From: an uncultured Candidatus Actinomarina sp.
GTDB lineage: Bacteria > Actinomycetota > Acidimicrobiia > Actinomarinales > Actinomarinaceae
Length of the DNA: 64,000 nucleotides
Direction of reading: 5' to 3'
NCBI GenBank assembly: GCA_902615855.1
Contig: CACMQN010000004.1
Location: 61,672 to 125,671, forward strand
Made by a program: the position numbers and the translations under genes. Within the stretch, counting starts at the first letter, position 1; each line of letters starts with the position of its first letter. Below are positions 10,298 to 21,370 of this stretch, piece by piece. The notes beneath the pieces were generated by a model. That model did not search any database. It was not told where the DNA came from and saw only the letters and a program-made list of their open reading frames with translations.

Positions 10298-11433
10298 CTT
10301 CTAAAAGTGCTTTTAAAAAAGAACTTGAAATAATACATAGCGATCTTATAAAGATTAATGATTGGATGTACGAAAATCCAGAACTTGCATTTGAAGAGTT
10401 TAAAACATCCGAATACTTAGTTAATTATCTTAAAAATTTTTCTGATTCAGTCATTTATCCAACAAGAGATCTTTCAACAGCTTTTGAGGTTACTTTTGGA
10501 GAAGAAGGGCCACTTGTCGTACTTTGTGTTGAATACGATGCGCTGCCAGAAATTGGTCATGCATGTGGTCATAATATTATTGCGACAGCATCTATCGGTG
10601 CTGGAATAGCGATTAGAAACTTGGTGGATGACCTTGGTGTAAGAGTTAAACTTCTAGGAACTCCAGCTGAAGAAGGTGGGGGTGGAAAAATTATTTTACT
10701 TGACAACGGTGCCTTTGAAGATGCTGTTTGTTCCATGATGATTCATCCAAGTTCAATAAACGTTGCGAACCCTACATTTACAACAATCCAACAATATAAA
10801 GTAGAATTTTTTGGAAAGGATGCACATGCAGCTGGGTCTCCTGACCAAGGTATAAATGCATTGGATGCACAAATACAATTATTTGTTAATGCATCAACTT
10901 ATAGACAACAAATGACCTTAACAAATAGGATGCATGGCGTAATCCTTGATGGAGGATATAAACCAAATATAATACCTTCATACACAAGTTCTGAGTGGTA
11001 TTTAAGATCATTAAATTCTGAAGGCTTAAAAAAACTTGAAGAAGATTTTCTCAATTTTGTTAATGCTGCAGCAATATCAACAAAATGCCGCTCAGACGTT
11101 ACAGTTCCAGATTATCAATATGCAGAAATTTTAAACAACAAGACAATGTATGAACTATTTATGAAAAATTGCGAAGAGATAGGTAGAGAAATGCCTTTAC
11201 AAGATCCTTCCCAACCTGGATTAGGATCTACTGACATGGGGAATATATCATTTGCCATGCCATCAATTCATCCCATGCTTGCAATTGATTCAGGTAGTGC
11301 TGTGAATCATCAACCTGAATATGCAGCTGCAACTATCAAGTCTGGTGGACATAAAGCAATATTTGATGGTGCTTATGGGATGGGTACTACGATAATTGAT
11401 TTAGCTGAAAATAATCTTTGGGACAAACTCTAA
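10294..11433 (+). CDS. M20D-family amidohydrolase (N-acyl-amino acid / hippurate hydrolase-like)
   Basis: 379 aa. Metal-binding motifs HACGHN and the M20 dimerisation domain. Confidence 0.8.
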   Translation: MTSKSAFKKELEIIHSDLIKINDWMYENPELAFEEFKTSEYLVNYLKNFSDSVIYPTRDLSTAFEVTFGEEGPLVVLCVEYDALPEIGHACGHNIIATASIGAGIAIRNLVDDLGVRVKLLGTPAEEGGGGKIILLDNGAFEDAVCSMMIHPSSINVANPTFTTIQQYKVEFFGKDAHAAGSPDQGINALDAQIQLFVNASTYRQQMTLTNRMHGVILDGGYKPNIIPSYTSSEWYLRSLNSEGLKKLEEDFLNFVNAAAISTKCRSDVTVPDYQYAEILNNKTMYELFMKNCEEIGREMPLQDPSQPGLGSTDMGNISFAMPSIHPMLAIDSGSAVNHQPEYAAATIKSGGHKAIFDGAYGMGTTIIDLAENNLWDKL

Positions 11434-12158
11434 AGAATTTGACTTAAGAAAAGTTTTGTTCTTTCATTCTTTGGGTTGTCAAAAAATTCTTTAGGTGTAT
11501 TTTCCTCAACCATTAGTCCATCATCAAATAACATGACTCGATCTGCTACTTCTTTTGCAAATCCCATCTCATGAGTGACAACTATCATTGTCATTCCTGA
11601 TTCAGCAAGTTCTTTCATCGCATCTAATACCTCTTTAATCATCTCAGGGTCTAATGCTGATGTTGGCTCATCAAAAAGCATAATTTTTGGCTCCATTGCA
11701 AGGGCTCTTGCAATAGCTACTCTTTGTTGTTGACCACCTGACAATTGACCAGGAAATTTTTGAGCTTGTTCAGGTATTCCTACTCTCTCTAATAATTCCA
11801 TTGCTTTTTCTTCAGACTCACTTCGACTCTTTTTTCTCACCCAAATTGGAGCAAGAGTAATGTTTTGCATGACAGTTAAATGTGGGAATAAGTTAAAACT
11901 TTGAAAAACCATTCCGACCTCAGATCTTATTGCTTCTATATTTTTTAAATCATTAGTTAGCTCTATGCCATCTACAACTATTTCACCCTCTTGATGTTGT
12001 TCCAAACGATTTATACATCTGATAAATGTTGATTTTCCTGAACCCGAGGGTCCGCATATTACCAACACTTCACCTTCTGAAACTTCCATAGATATTCCTT
12101 TTAAAGCTTGGAAATCTCCAAACCACTTTTTAACATCTACAGTTTTGATTATGCTCAT
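11430..12158 (-). CDS. Polar amino-acid ABC transporter ATP-binding protein
   Basis: Walker [10 protein letters not shown], signature [15 protein letters not shown], Walker [12 protein letters not shown]. GlnQ/AapP-like. Confidence 0.93.
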   Translation of the reverse strand: MSIIKTVDVKKWFGDFQALKGISMEVSEGEVLVICGPSGSGKSTFIRCINRLEQHQEGEIVVDGIELTNDLKNIEAIRSEVGMVFQSFNLFPHLTVMQNITLAPIWVRKKSRSESEEKAMELLERVGIPEQAQKFPGQLSGGQQQRVAIARALAMEPKIMLFDEPTSALDPEMIKEVLDAMKELAESGMTMIVVTHEMGFAKEVADRVMLFDDGLMVEENTPKEFFDNPKNERTKLFLSQIL

Positions 12159-12167
12159 ATAGTTATA

Positions 12168-13991
12168 TTACCTTTCTCCTAAACCTAAACGCTTCTCAAA
12201 TTTCATAGATCTTCTTGAAAATACAAATGTAAATACCCAGAAGAAGAATGACAAAAAGACTAGTTGTTCTAAGTTTCTACCAATAAAGGCTACAGGCTGC
12301 GACTGTGCTGGGATAACTGAAGTTCCGATTCTTAGAATATCAAATAATCCAATAATCGCTACCAAGCTTGAATCTTTAAATGATGTTATAACACTTCCAA
12401 CAAGGGTAGGTATTATTGCACGAAGAGCTTGTGGGACTATTACTAAAAATATTCTTTGAAATGGATTCATTCCAATAGCATTTGCGGCCTCATATTGTCC
12501 TTTAGGTATTGACTGCAAACCACCTCTTATATATTCCGCAAAGTAGGCCCCACTGAAAAATGCAGTTAAAATTAAAACCCTTATTATCAAATTAAATTCT
12601 ACTCCTGATGGAAGAAACACCGTGAGCATAACGCTAGCAAAAAATAACCAAGTAATGTAAGGAACTGAACGAACAATCTCAATTATCCCAGTACATATAA
12701 TTCTAATTACTGGTAAGGTTGATGTCCTTCCTAAAGCTAAAGCAAGTCCTAGTGGAAATGATGCATAAGTTCCAAAAATTGCAAGTAACCATGTCAAAGA
12801 GAATCCTCCAAAAATACTTCCGGTAGGAGTTACGAGCATGGTATCAGAGCTTGCTCCTCTAATTAAAAAAGTTAAAACAAACAATGAAACTACCCAAACA
12901 ATAAAAAGCTGTCTTTTGCCTTCTTTAGTTGTAGCGATAGCTGGTGAAACAACCAAAAGTAATAGTAGAAGTACCATTGTTGCTTTAAAGATAAATACTA
13001 CGGGTAAAAGAAAAACTACGACACTTAAGACTAAAAACCCAATATTGATAGGAGTTCTATAAGCTCCTAAAGATTGGTTATCGCTGAATCTAATTATTAA
13101 AAATCCAATAATTCCAAAAACAAGTATAGAGGGGATATCTGCACTGAAAACTGTATTCAATTCAACTAATGGCTTTTTAAAGATCCACGAAAATATAAAA
13201 AGTGGGCACAGAAACCATCCAATCGGAATAAGCCTTGCCATTATTTTTATATCTCTGTTTTTTAAAAGTGAACCGATAAAAAAGAATATTAACATGCCTA
13301 CATAGAGGATTGTCCATGGGATGTAAGTAGTGCTGGCTATTGGAAGAAATGGATCTGGAATTATCCTTTCGCCGCTTGAATCAAGTGATATTGTTGGAAT
13401 TTTAATAAAGTATAAAGATGCAATAATCAACCCACAATATGTCAGATTAACTTTTGCTGTATTAAATAAACTCTTAATTTTTATATTCTTCAGAAAAAAG
13501 AATGCTAAAGTTAGAACCAAGGACGGACCTAGAATAAGCATTCTTACATCTTGAGGAATTATTTCTACAACTTCTATACTTCCATCATTTTGAATTACAT
13601 TTGTGTTTGTTGGAGCTAAAGCAATTAAAAGAGCTATTACTGCAGATATTGTAAATAGCTTTTGAAAAATTCCACCCAAAGAAATAGTCTTACCACTATT
13701 GTAAAATCCTATAGATAAACCTCCAAGAAGTAAAGCAAGACCTACAGATAACCAAACTCTGATCATAGCTTCATCAGGATAAGCCAGTATCATGTATAAC
13801 TTCATATTATAGGTTACTGATGTCCACATTCTTTCAGGATTTAATATGAAGCCAACAATTCCCCTATAAGAGTAAATAACCATAAAACCTGCGAAGAAAG
13901 TTAAAAATGCAGAACTCGAAGAGGAGAATAAATTATCTCTAACCCACCTTCCGTAGGGATTTTCAATGAAAAATTTGTTATCTCTTATCAT
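12168..13991 (-). CDS. Amino-acid ABC transporter permease (AapM-like) with a long N-terminal membrane extension
   Basis: 607 aa. The C-terminal EAA-type permease motif EAANAIGMNPFQRIFLVIVPQALR is preceded by many extra TM helices. Confidence 0.85.
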   Translation of the reverse strand: MIRDNKFFIENPYGRWVRDNLFSSSSSAFLTFFAGFMVIYSYRGIVGFILNPERMWTSVTYNMKLYMILAYPDEAMIRVWLSVGLALLLGGLSIGFYNSGKTISLGGIFQKLFTISAVIALLIALAPTNTNVIQNDGSIEVVEIIPQDVRMLILGPSLVLTLAFFFLKNIKIKSLFNTAKVNLTYCGLIIASLYFIKIPTISLDSSGERIIPDPFLPIASTTYIPWTILYVGMLIFFFIGSLLKNRDIKIMARLIPIGWFLCPLFIFSWIFKKPLVELNTVFSADIPSILVFGIIGFLIIRFSDNQSLGAYRTPINIGFLVLSVVVFLLPVVFIFKATMVLLLLLLVVSPAIATTKEGKRQLFIVWVVSLFVLTFLIRGASSDTMLVTPTGSIFGGFSLTWLLAIFGTYASFPLGLALALGRTSTLPVIRIICTGIIEIVRSVPYITWLFFASVMLTVFLPSGVEFNLIIRVLILTAFFSGAYFAEYIRGGLQSIPKGQYEAANAIGMNPFQRIFLVIVPQALRAIIPTLVGSVITSFKDSSLVAIIGLFDILRIGTSVIPAQSQPVAFIGRNLEQLVFLSFFFWVFTFVFSRRSMKFEKRLGLGER

Positions 13992-15547
13992 CGTTCAACT
14001 ATTTTCATTTTTCTATTGTAATAATTGATAATTGATGAAATTGATAAGCTTATCGAACAGTAGAATATCATCCAAACTAGAAAGACTGGGAGTGTTTGAC
14101 CCTCCTGGTTATATAAAGTCTGACCGACAGCAACTACTTCTGGATAGGCAACTGCTACTCCTAGTGAAGTATTTTTTGCAAGATTTAAATATTGATTTCC
14201 CATTGGAGGCAACATAACCCGGAAGGCTTGTGGAAGTATTATCAGTCTTAATAGTGATCTTCTTCTCAAGCCAAGAGACAAGCCTGCCTCAGACTGTCCT
14301 TTTGAGATTGCCATTATTCCAGAACGAACAACTTCTGAGATGAATATAGCAGTATATAAAGTTACTCCAAACCAAGTTGCAAAATAACCAACAGTAGTTA
14401 CCTTTCCTAAGTCAGGAGAATATCTTGTAAATTTTGTTGTTCCGGCTTGTATTATCTCGGGATAGCTCATAATCACTGGAGGTCCTGATATATTAAAATC
14501 AAATTTTTTTGCTACGCCATCAAAAAATTGTGGTATGCCCCAGTTTGATTTATAAAATAGTTCATCCCCCTCTAAAAAATAAGTTAAATTTTGACCAAGT
14601 GGCATAAACATGAATAAAACAACAAATACTGCTACTACTCCTGATAATATAATTCGAAAATAATCATCATCAGAAAGGATTCCTCTTATTTCACCTGTGT
14701 CAGTATTTCTGATTTGTTTTCTGATGTATCTAAATGCAAAAAAAACTGCTATTACCGAAAATAAAACTTGGTATGCAATGCTTGGTATAGAATCAAATAC
14801 GATAGAAATGTAACCAGAAATCAGTCCAATAATACCCATTAATTTATAACCACCTACCCAGTTTCCAAAAGTTAAAACAAGGAATGTTAAAAACGACCAT
14901 AGAAATGGATTTGTATCTCTTCCTTCTTTCTCCAGCAAACTTACTCTCCACTTGAATACTCTTCGAGCAAGATAAATTGTAAGTAAAAGAAAACCAAAGA
15001 ACATAAAAGCAGACTCTTGACGTTCTGGCCAGGGGTAAGCAATTCCTTTTGAGCTCACATGAAATGTAATTTCTCCCCTATCTCTTTCTTCAAGCCTTGG
15101 GAATGCTAAAAGAAATGCCTGAAAGAAAAGGATTTGTACTAAAAGTGGAACATTTCTTACAACTTCTAATAGAGCTGTTGCAGCTTTTTCAACAATCCAG
15201 TTGCTTGATAATCTTGCAATACCGAGGAGTGTTCCAAAAATAGTTGCAACTATTATTCCACCGATCATTATTCTTATCATGTTGAACATACCAACATGAA
15301 GCATTCTGAGTCCTGAATCAGGAAGTGTCTCAAAACCTTCAGCTATTGAAACGCCGGGAGGGTCACCTAAAAAATCGAATGAAAATGGTATATTTGTTGA
15401 CTGAAGATTATTGATACCAGTTTGAACGAACAACACTAACGAATAAGCAAAAAGTACTAAAAATAAAACCTGTCCGGCCCATTTTAAAAATCTGACATCT
15501 CGCCAAAATGTTCTAATATCAAAATTTTTTAAGACTTTTCCCAACAT
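13988..15547 (-). CDS. Amino-acid ABC transporter permease (AapQ-like)
   Basis: 519 aa, with EAGLSLGLRRRSLLRLIILPQAFR and about 10 TM helices. Confidence 0.85.
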   Translation of the reverse strand: MLGKVLKNFDIRTFWRDVRFLKWAGQVLFLVLFAYSLVLFVQTGINNLQSTNIPFSFDFLGDPPGVSIAEGFETLPDSGLRMLHVGMFNMIRIMIGGIIVATIFGTLLGIARLSSNWIVEKAATALLEVVRNVPLLVQILFFQAFLLAFPRLEERDRGEITFHVSSKGIAYPWPERQESAFMFFGFLLLTIYLARRVFKWRVSLLEKEGRDTNPFLWSFLTFLVLTFGNWVGGYKLMGIIGLISGYISIVFDSIPSIAYQVLFSVIAVFFAFRYIRKQIRNTDTGEIRGILSDDDYFRIILSGVVAVFVVLFMFMPLGQNLTYFLEGDELFYKSNWGIPQFFDGVAKKFDFNISGPPVIMSYPEIIQAGTTKFTRYSPDLGKVTTVGYFATWFGVTLYTAIFISEVVRSGIMAISKGQSEAGLSLGLRRRSLLRLIILPQAFRVMLPPMGNQYLNLAKNTSLGVAVAYPEVVAVGQTLYNQEGQTLPVFLVWMIFYCSISLSISSIINYYNRKMKIVER

Positions 15548-15604
15548 TAGTGAATTTTACCAAATTGAACAGAAATAAGATAGTTTGATTGCCCAAAACA
15601 TAAA

Positions 15605-15631
15605 AAGAAGAGGGCGTAAAGCCCTCTTCTT
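15605..15631 (-). terminator. Intercistronic GC-rich stem-loop (AAGAAGAGGGC-gtaaa-GCCCTCTTCTT) between the binding-protein and permease genes
   Basis: Perfect 11-bp stem with a 5-nt loop seen in sequence, with T-rich flanks on both strands. It is a likely partial terminator or mRNA stabiliser downstream of the highly expressed binding-protein gene. Confidence 0.55.
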
Positions 15632-15649
15632 TAAATTTATAATGATAAA

Positions 15650-16726
15650 TTATCTAGCAGGAGGTGCGTAAATTAGACCACCATTTGTCCATCTATCATT
15701 TGCTCCACCTTCACGGAATAATCCTACAGGATTAAGGTTTCTGGAGTAAATTTCGTCGTAGTTACCAATTTGCTTGATGACATTATAAAATGCCTTTTTG
15801 TCAAGTCCCATAACGGATTGTAACTCACCGTCGTTAGCTCCAAAAAGTCTTCCAAGTTCTGGAAGAGCATCGGTGTCAACAGAATCAACGTTTGCACTGG
15901 TTACGCCATACTCATCAGCGATGATAGTTGCATAAACAACCCAGTTAATGACGTCTCCCCACTTACTGTCGTTTGATCTGTAAACAGGTCCTAATGGTTC
16001 TTTAGAAATTGGTGATTGTGGAAATATTGACCAATCATTAAGAGCATCATTAACTGCTCTTCTACCAACTAAAGCTGAACCGTCAGTTGTAACAATGTCA
16101 CACTCACCAGCAATAAATTTATCCATTGCTTCTGAGAATTTTTCAACTGTTACAAGCGTAATGGTTGCACCAACAAGGCCTGCACCTTCAGTAATATTTT
16201 TTTCTGTTGTAGTACCAGCATTAGTACATACACTCAAGCCATCAATATCAGCAAGTGTAGATGAACTTGATATACCATCAGAGTTTCTACCCATCAACTG
16301 TTGACCGTCGAAGTATGTAGTAGGACCGAAGTCGTTACCTAATTCGGTATCACGGCTTTGAGTCCAAGTTGTGTTTCTAATCAAAACATCAATGTCACCA
16401 GCTGCTAGAGAGGTGAACCTTTCTGCTGATGTAAGTGATTTGAATTCAACCTTACTGTAATCTCCAAAAAGAGCTGCTGCAACGGCATAACAATAATCAG
16501 CATCAAAACCAGTTATTGAACCGTCTGCACCTGTCTCGGAAAAAGCTGTAGCACTACCACTGACTCCGCACTTAACAAATCCTCTTTCAAGAACCATATC
16601 AAGTGTTGACTCATCAGAGTGATCGTGTTCTTCTTCAACTGCTACTTCCTCAACTGCTTCTTCTGTAGCACAAGCTACTGCAATCATAGAAAGTATAAGT
16701 AAAGAAACGATTGCTTTTTTACTCAA
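15650..16726 (-). CDS. Amino-acid ABC transporter substrate-binding lipoprotein (AapJ-like)
   Basis: Lipoprotein signal MSKKAIVSLLILSMIAVAC, type-3 periplasmic binding-protein fold, and position at the head of the ABC operon. Confidence 0.85.
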   Translation of the reverse strand: MSKKAIVSLLILSMIAVACATEEAVEEVAVEEEHDHSDESTLDMVLERGFVKCGVSGSATAFSETGADGSITGFDADYCYAVAAALFGDYSKVEFKSLTSAERFTSLAAGDIDVLIRNTTWTQSRDTELGNDFGPTTYFDGQQLMGRNSDGISSSSTLADIDGLSVCTNAGTTTEKNITEGAGLVGATITLVTVEKFSEAMDKFIAGECDIVTTDGSALVGRRAVNDALNDWSIFPQSPISKEPLGPVYRSNDSKWGDVINWVVYATIIADEYGVTSANVDSVDTDALPELGRLFGANDGELQSVMGLDKKAFYNVIKQIGNYDEIYSRNLNPVGLFREGGANDRWTNGGLIYAPPAR

Positions 16727-16911
16727 TGTTTTCTCCTTTTATATAAAAGCAGACAAGAACAAAACAACTATAAATAAATTAAGTTCCTGTCTAAGTACCA
16801 ATTTAACCTTTATTCGTTTTTGCTACAAATTAATTTAATTATTAGATAGAAAAATCTTTCTATACATCAGAAATGCATGTATTATCCATTGTTGTAATTC
16901 AAGGAGAAAAG

Positions 16912-18183
16912 TTGTCAACTACCATTGTTTTAGGCGCTCAGTGGGGCGATGAAGGCAAGGGTAAAGTCACAGACTTTTTTTCATCAAAAGCTGATCTTGT
17001 AGTCCGATTCCAAGGTGGCAATAATGCAGGTCACACAATTGTTGTAGGTGATGAAAAATTTGCCCTTTCAATGGTTCCATCAGGAGTGATGTATGAATCA
17101 TGTACTCCAGTCATTGGTTCAGGATGTGTAATTGATTTTGAAGTTTTGAAAAATGAAATTGAAACTTTAAATGGTAAAAATATAGACACCACTAAATTAA
17201 AGCTTTCATATAACGCACACATCATCATGCCATATCACAAAATACTTGATGAATTAATTGAAGATAGTTTAGGTGATAAGAAAATTGGAACAACTAGAAA
17301 AGGTATAGGGCCTTGTTATGGCGACAAGATACAAAGAAAAGGTATACGCATACAAGATTTTTTATCTGAAGAAAAGTTTTATGAAAAATTAAAAAATAAT
17401 CTTGAAGAAAAAAATCAAATAATTGAAAAAATTTATGGTGGAAATTCTATAAACTTTGACGAAATAGTCGAGGAGTATAAAAAATACAAAGAACTCGTTT
17501 CATCAATTGCAGACGACACATCATTGGTTATATCTAATTCATTAAAAGAAAATAAAAAGATCCTATTTGAAGGAGCCCAAGGCACTCTTCTTGATATCGA
17601 TCATGGAACATATCCATTTGTCACAAGTTCAAATACAAGTGCAGGTAATGCAGCTACTGGATCTGGAATTGGTCCTTTAAATTTTGATGAAGTTGTTGGT
17701 GTAACCAAAGCCTACATATCAAGAGTTGGTACTGGTCCTTTCATAACTGAACAAGAAAATGAAATTGGTGATTACATGATTGAAAAGGGAGCTGAGTTTG
17801 GAACGGTTACCGGAAGAAGACGACGTTGTGGATGGCTAGATTTAGTTTCATTGAAATATTCGAAAAGGATCAACTCTCTAAGTCAATTATTTATAACAAA
17901 ATTAGATGTTTTAAGTGGCCTTGCGGAAATCAAGATATGCATAGGATATAGCTTTGAAGATAAAAAAATAACAGACTATCCATTAGTTGATGAGATATTA
18001 GATAAGTGTGAACCTATTTATGAATCGTTTGAGGGTTGGGATGAAGATATTTCTGGAATTACGAAATATGATTCACTTCCTGAGAATGCTAAAAAATATA
18101 TTGATTTCATTGAGGATTTCATCGGTGTGCCAATTAAATATATATCTGTTGGACCAGAGAGAAACCAAAATATAATTAGATAA
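16912..18183 (+). CDS. purA: Adenylosuccinate synthetase
   Basis: QWGDEGKGK P-loop, GGNNAGHT, TKLDVL. Start moved to TTG 16912, which has a strong SD (AAGGAG, 5-nt spacer) and gives the canonical N-terminus. The track ATG at 16873 adds 13 non-conserved residues. Confidence 0.93.
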   Translation: MSTTIVLGAQWGDEGKGKVTDFFSSKADLVVRFQGGNNAGHTIVVGDEKFALSMVPSGVMYESCTPVIGSGCVIDFEVLKNEIETLNGKNIDTTKLKLSYNAHIIMPYHKILDELIEDSLGDKKIGTTRKGIGPCYGDKIQRKGIRIQDFLSEEKFYEKLKNNLEEKNQIIEKIYGGNSINFDEIVEEYKKYKELVSSIADDTSLVISNSLKENKKILFEGAQGTLLDIDHGTYPFVTSSNTSAGNAATGSGIGPLNFDEVVGVTKAYISRVGTGPFITEQENEIGDYMIEKGAEFGTVTGRRRRCGWLDLVSLKYSKRINSLSQLFITKLDVLSGLAEIKICIGYSFEDKKITDYPLVDEILDKCEPIYESFEGWDEDISGITKYDSLPENAKKYIDFIEDFIGVPIKYISVGPERNQNIIR

Positions 18184-19467
18184 ATGATAAAAAGATACGA
18201 AGTAAAACAAATAGTTGATATATGGAGTCAAGAGAACAAGTTAAGCACTTGGAAAAAAGTTGAATCCTCTGTTACTAAAAGTCTTGAAGAGGAAGGTATT
18301 GTACCTAAAGGTTTATCAGAAAAAATACTTGCTGCAAATGTAACCGTAAAAGAAGTTGAAGCTCGAGAAAAACTTACAAACCATGACTTAGCTTCATTTG
18401 TTGACATACTACAAGATAAGGTAAATGAAGATTCCGAATGGATACATTATGGCCTAACCAGTTCAGACGTAGTTGATACATCAAATAGTTTATTAATTTT
18501 AGAATCATTAAATTTCCTAATCGGAGAAGTTGATAAATTAATCAGTACTTTGAAGAATCTTGCAATAAAAGAAAAAGATACCAAAATAATCGGAAGAACT
18601 CATGGCGTATTTGCGGAAGTAACTTTCCTTGGAAATATAATTTCAAACTGGTTGTTGGAGATACATCGAAATAAAGAACGTCTTGAAAGAGCAAAAGAAA
18701 ATATTAGCATCGGAAAGCTAAGTGGAGTTGTTGGGAACTACACCATAATTAACAGTGATATTGAAAAAAAATCTTTAGAGACTTTAAATCTTAAGCCAGA
18801 ACTATTTGCTTCTCAGATTGTTAGCCGTGATAGATATGCTGAAGTAATTAGCTCTATAGGAATGCTTGCAAGCTCTTATGATCGTATAGCTATAAATCTA
18901 AGAGGTTATCAACGTTCAGAGGTGAGTGAAATACACGAGTCATTTTCAAGCGAACAGAAAGGTTCTTCTGCAATGCCACATAAAAAAAATCCAATTACTT
19001 CTGAGAGAATATCAGGAATTTCAAGAATTCTCAGAGGTTATGTTGTAAGCGCGCTTGAAAATATATCTCTTTGGCATGAAAGAGATATATCAAATTCATC
19101 TGTAGAAAGAATCATTTTTCCAGATAGTTTTAATCTCATTTGTTTTTCAACAATTGAGATGGAAGAGCTGTTCAAAAATATCAATATTAATCATGAAAAA
19201 ATAAATTCAAATATTAATTCAGCAAAAGTGAGTTTGCTAACTCAATCTTTTCTATCTCATTTAGTAACTAAAGGGGTTGAGAGGGATGAAGCATATAGAT
19301 TTTTGCAATCTCAATCATTTGAAATCGATAACTTAGATTTTTATATAAAAAATATTACAACAAATTTTGAGGAAGTTGAAGAAAAAGAATTACAGGAAAT
19401 TGGAAAAAGTTTTCTTTCTGAGAAGACCAACAAAAATTTTGAAGAAAAAATAAATTCTGTTGTTTAA
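18184..19467 (+). CDS. purB: Adenylosuccinate lyase
   Basis: Fumarate-lyase signature SSAMPHKKNP and a PurB-like N-terminus (MIKRYEV..IWSQENK). Confidence 0.93.
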   Translation: MIKRYEVKQIVDIWSQENKLSTWKKVESSVTKSLEEEGIVPKGLSEKILAANVTVKEVEAREKLTNHDLASFVDILQDKVNEDSEWIHYGLTSSDVVDTSNSLLILESLNFLIGEVDKLISTLKNLAIKEKDTKIIGRTHGVFAEVTFLGNIISNWLLEIHRNKERLERAKENISIGKLSGVVGNYTIINSDIEKKSLETLNLKPELFASQIVSRDRYAEVISSIGMLASSYDRIAINLRGYQRSEVSEIHESFSSEQKGSSAMPHKKNPITSERISGISRILRGYVVSALENISLWHERDISNSSVERIIFPDSFNLICFSTIEMEELFKNININHEKINSNINSAKVSLLTQSFLSHLVTKGVERDEAYRFLQSQSFEIDNLDFYIKNITTNFEEVEEKELQEIGKSFLSEKTNKNFEEKINSVV

Positions 19468-20143
19468 AAGATTTAAAAATCAATTCACTGAGATAAAAAG
19501 TGAAGTACTGGGTTTAAATGAATCACAAAATAATATTTTTGATTCAATTCTTGCTCCAGTATTCTTTGTTTTAACATTTAGATTTTTTGATTTAAATATT
19601 GCAATTATAAGTACAGCCGTATTAGTTGCCCTAACGTTTGGCTACAGGTTGCTAAAAAAAGATGAAATTAAATTTGCATTTTACGGTGTTCTTGGAACTT
19701 TAGTTGCTTTGTTAATTGCTCAGATTCAAGGGACTGCATCAGGTTTTTTTCTACCAGGAATTATAAGAGATTTAAGCATTGCATTTATAGGATTCGTATC
19801 AATCGTATTGAGAAAACCCTTTACGATCTATTCATCAATGTATTTTAGAAAATGGCCTAGAGAGTGGTATCTATTACCAACAGTAAGACCAGCTTATAAT
19901 CGGGTTGCAATCTTGTGGGTCATATTTCTTGGAGTAAAAGGTGGTTTACAAGTTTTATATTTTGATAACCCTGAAGTGCTTGCAGTTATTAAATTGGCAA
20001 CTTCAAACCAAACTACTCTAATTCTTTTAGTACTTTCGTATTTTATTGGTTTAAATAAATTGAAAGCTTTACATGGTCCAAGCGTTGAAGAGTTTAAAAA
20101 CAATACCCCTCCCCCTTGGAAAGGTCAACAAAGAGGATTCTGA
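19460..20143 (+). CDS. Integral membrane protein (DUF3159-like, actinobacterial)
   Basis: 227 aa, about 6 TM helices; overlaps the purB stop. Confidence 0.45.
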   Translation: MFKRFKNQFTEIKSEVLGLNESQNNIFDSILAPVFFVLTFRFFDLNIAIISTAVLVALTFGYRLLKKDEIKFAFYGVLGTLVALLIAQIQGTASGFFLPGIIRDLSIAFIGFVSIVLRKPFTIYSSMYFRKWPREWYLLPTVRPAYNRVAILWVIFLGVKGGLQVLYFDNPEVLAVIKLATSNQTTLILLVLSYFIGLNKLKALHGPSVEEFKNNTPPPWKGQQRGF

Positions 20144-20161
20144 CTAAGGTATCATGCTTAT

Positions 20162-21370
20162 ATGGTAGAAGATAATTTAAAACTCCTAGTTGTCGCAGGA
20201 AGCAGTCTGGGTATTTATATAGTCTTGAGAACACTAATTTTTCCACTTCTTAAACGTATAGCGAAAAAAACAAATACTATCATTGATGATCTTTTTTTAG
20301 AAAAAAAATTTTTAAATAGAGTATCTTTTGTCGCTGTATTTACTTTTTTAAATGGAATATTGTTTACAGACTTTTCAACAGAATTATTAGACAGTGAAAT
20401 TAGTCAACGAATAATTAGTTCGCTATTGGCAGTGTTCTTAGGTTTATCTCTAAATGAATTGCTTTCAATATTTAATAATGCATCAAGTAAATATGAAGCA
20501 TTGAAAGACAGACCAATTAAAGGTTATATTCAGATCGTTAAAATTATTCTGAACGCATTTATATTCATTATTATTTTTGCAATTTTGTCTGGACAGTCAG
20601 TTACATATTATATAAGTGGACTTGGGGCGCTAACAGCAGTTCTCCTTTTAGTATTTCAAGACACAATTCTATCTTTTGTTGCATCGGTTCAAATTGGACA
20701 AAACAATATCATAAACAATGGTGACTGGATAGAGGTCCCAGAATATGGAGCTGATGGGGATGTAATTGACATAGCTCTTCACACAGTAAAAGTACAAAAC
20801 TGGGATAAAACCATTACAACCATACCTACCTCAAAAATAATCTCTACATCAGTCAAAAACTGGAGAGGAATGTCTGATTATGGTGGTAGAAGAATCATGA
20901 GATCAATAAGTATTGATATCTCAAGTATTAAATTTTTAACATTTGAAGAAATTGAAAAATTAAAAAAAATTGCTCCTATTAAAGATTATCTGAATGAAAA
21001 AGTACAAGAGTTGGAAACATTTAATAACGAATTAGCGTCTGGAGAATCAGTAACAGAACAAAGAAATCTAACAAATATTGGTACATTCAGAGCCTATATA
21101 GAAAGCTATCTCAGACAAAATGAAAAACTAGATACTGAAAACATGACATTTTTAGTAAGACAATTATCACCAACAAACCAGGGTGTCCCTATACAAATTT
21201 ATACATTTACAAAAACTACTGACTGGGTTGAATATGAAAACATTCAGTCAGATATATTTGATCATTTAATAGCAGTGTTACATAAGTTTGATCTGAGAGC
21301 CTACCAAGACGGTATTGTCGAAGCTGCAGCAATGAAAAATTTGCACTTTAATGAGGGTCTTGAAAACTAA
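20162..21370 (+). CDS. Mechanosensitive ion channel (MscS family)
   Basis: N-terminal TM helices followed by an MscS beta-domain (GDWIEV..G..G.V..I.L..T.V). Confidence 0.85.
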   Translation: MVEDNLKLLVVAGSSLGIYIVLRTLIFPLLKRIAKKTNTIIDDLFLEKKFLNRVSFVAVFTFLNGILFTDFSTELLDSEISQRIISSLLAVFLGLSLNELLSIFNNASSKYEALKDRPIKGYIQIVKIILNAFIFIIIFAILSGQSVTYYISGLGALTAVLLLVFQDTILSFVASVQIGQNNIINNGDWIEVPEYGADGDVIDIALHTVKVQNWDKTITTIPTSKIISTSVKNWRGMSDYGGRRIMRSISIDISSIKFLTFEEIEKLKKIAPIKDYLNEKVQELETFNNELASGESVTEQRNLTNIGTFRAYIESYLRQNEKLDTENMTFLVRQLSPTNQGVPIQIYTFTKTTDWVEYENIQSDIFDHLIAVLHKFDLRAYQDGIVEAAAMKNLHFNEGLEN

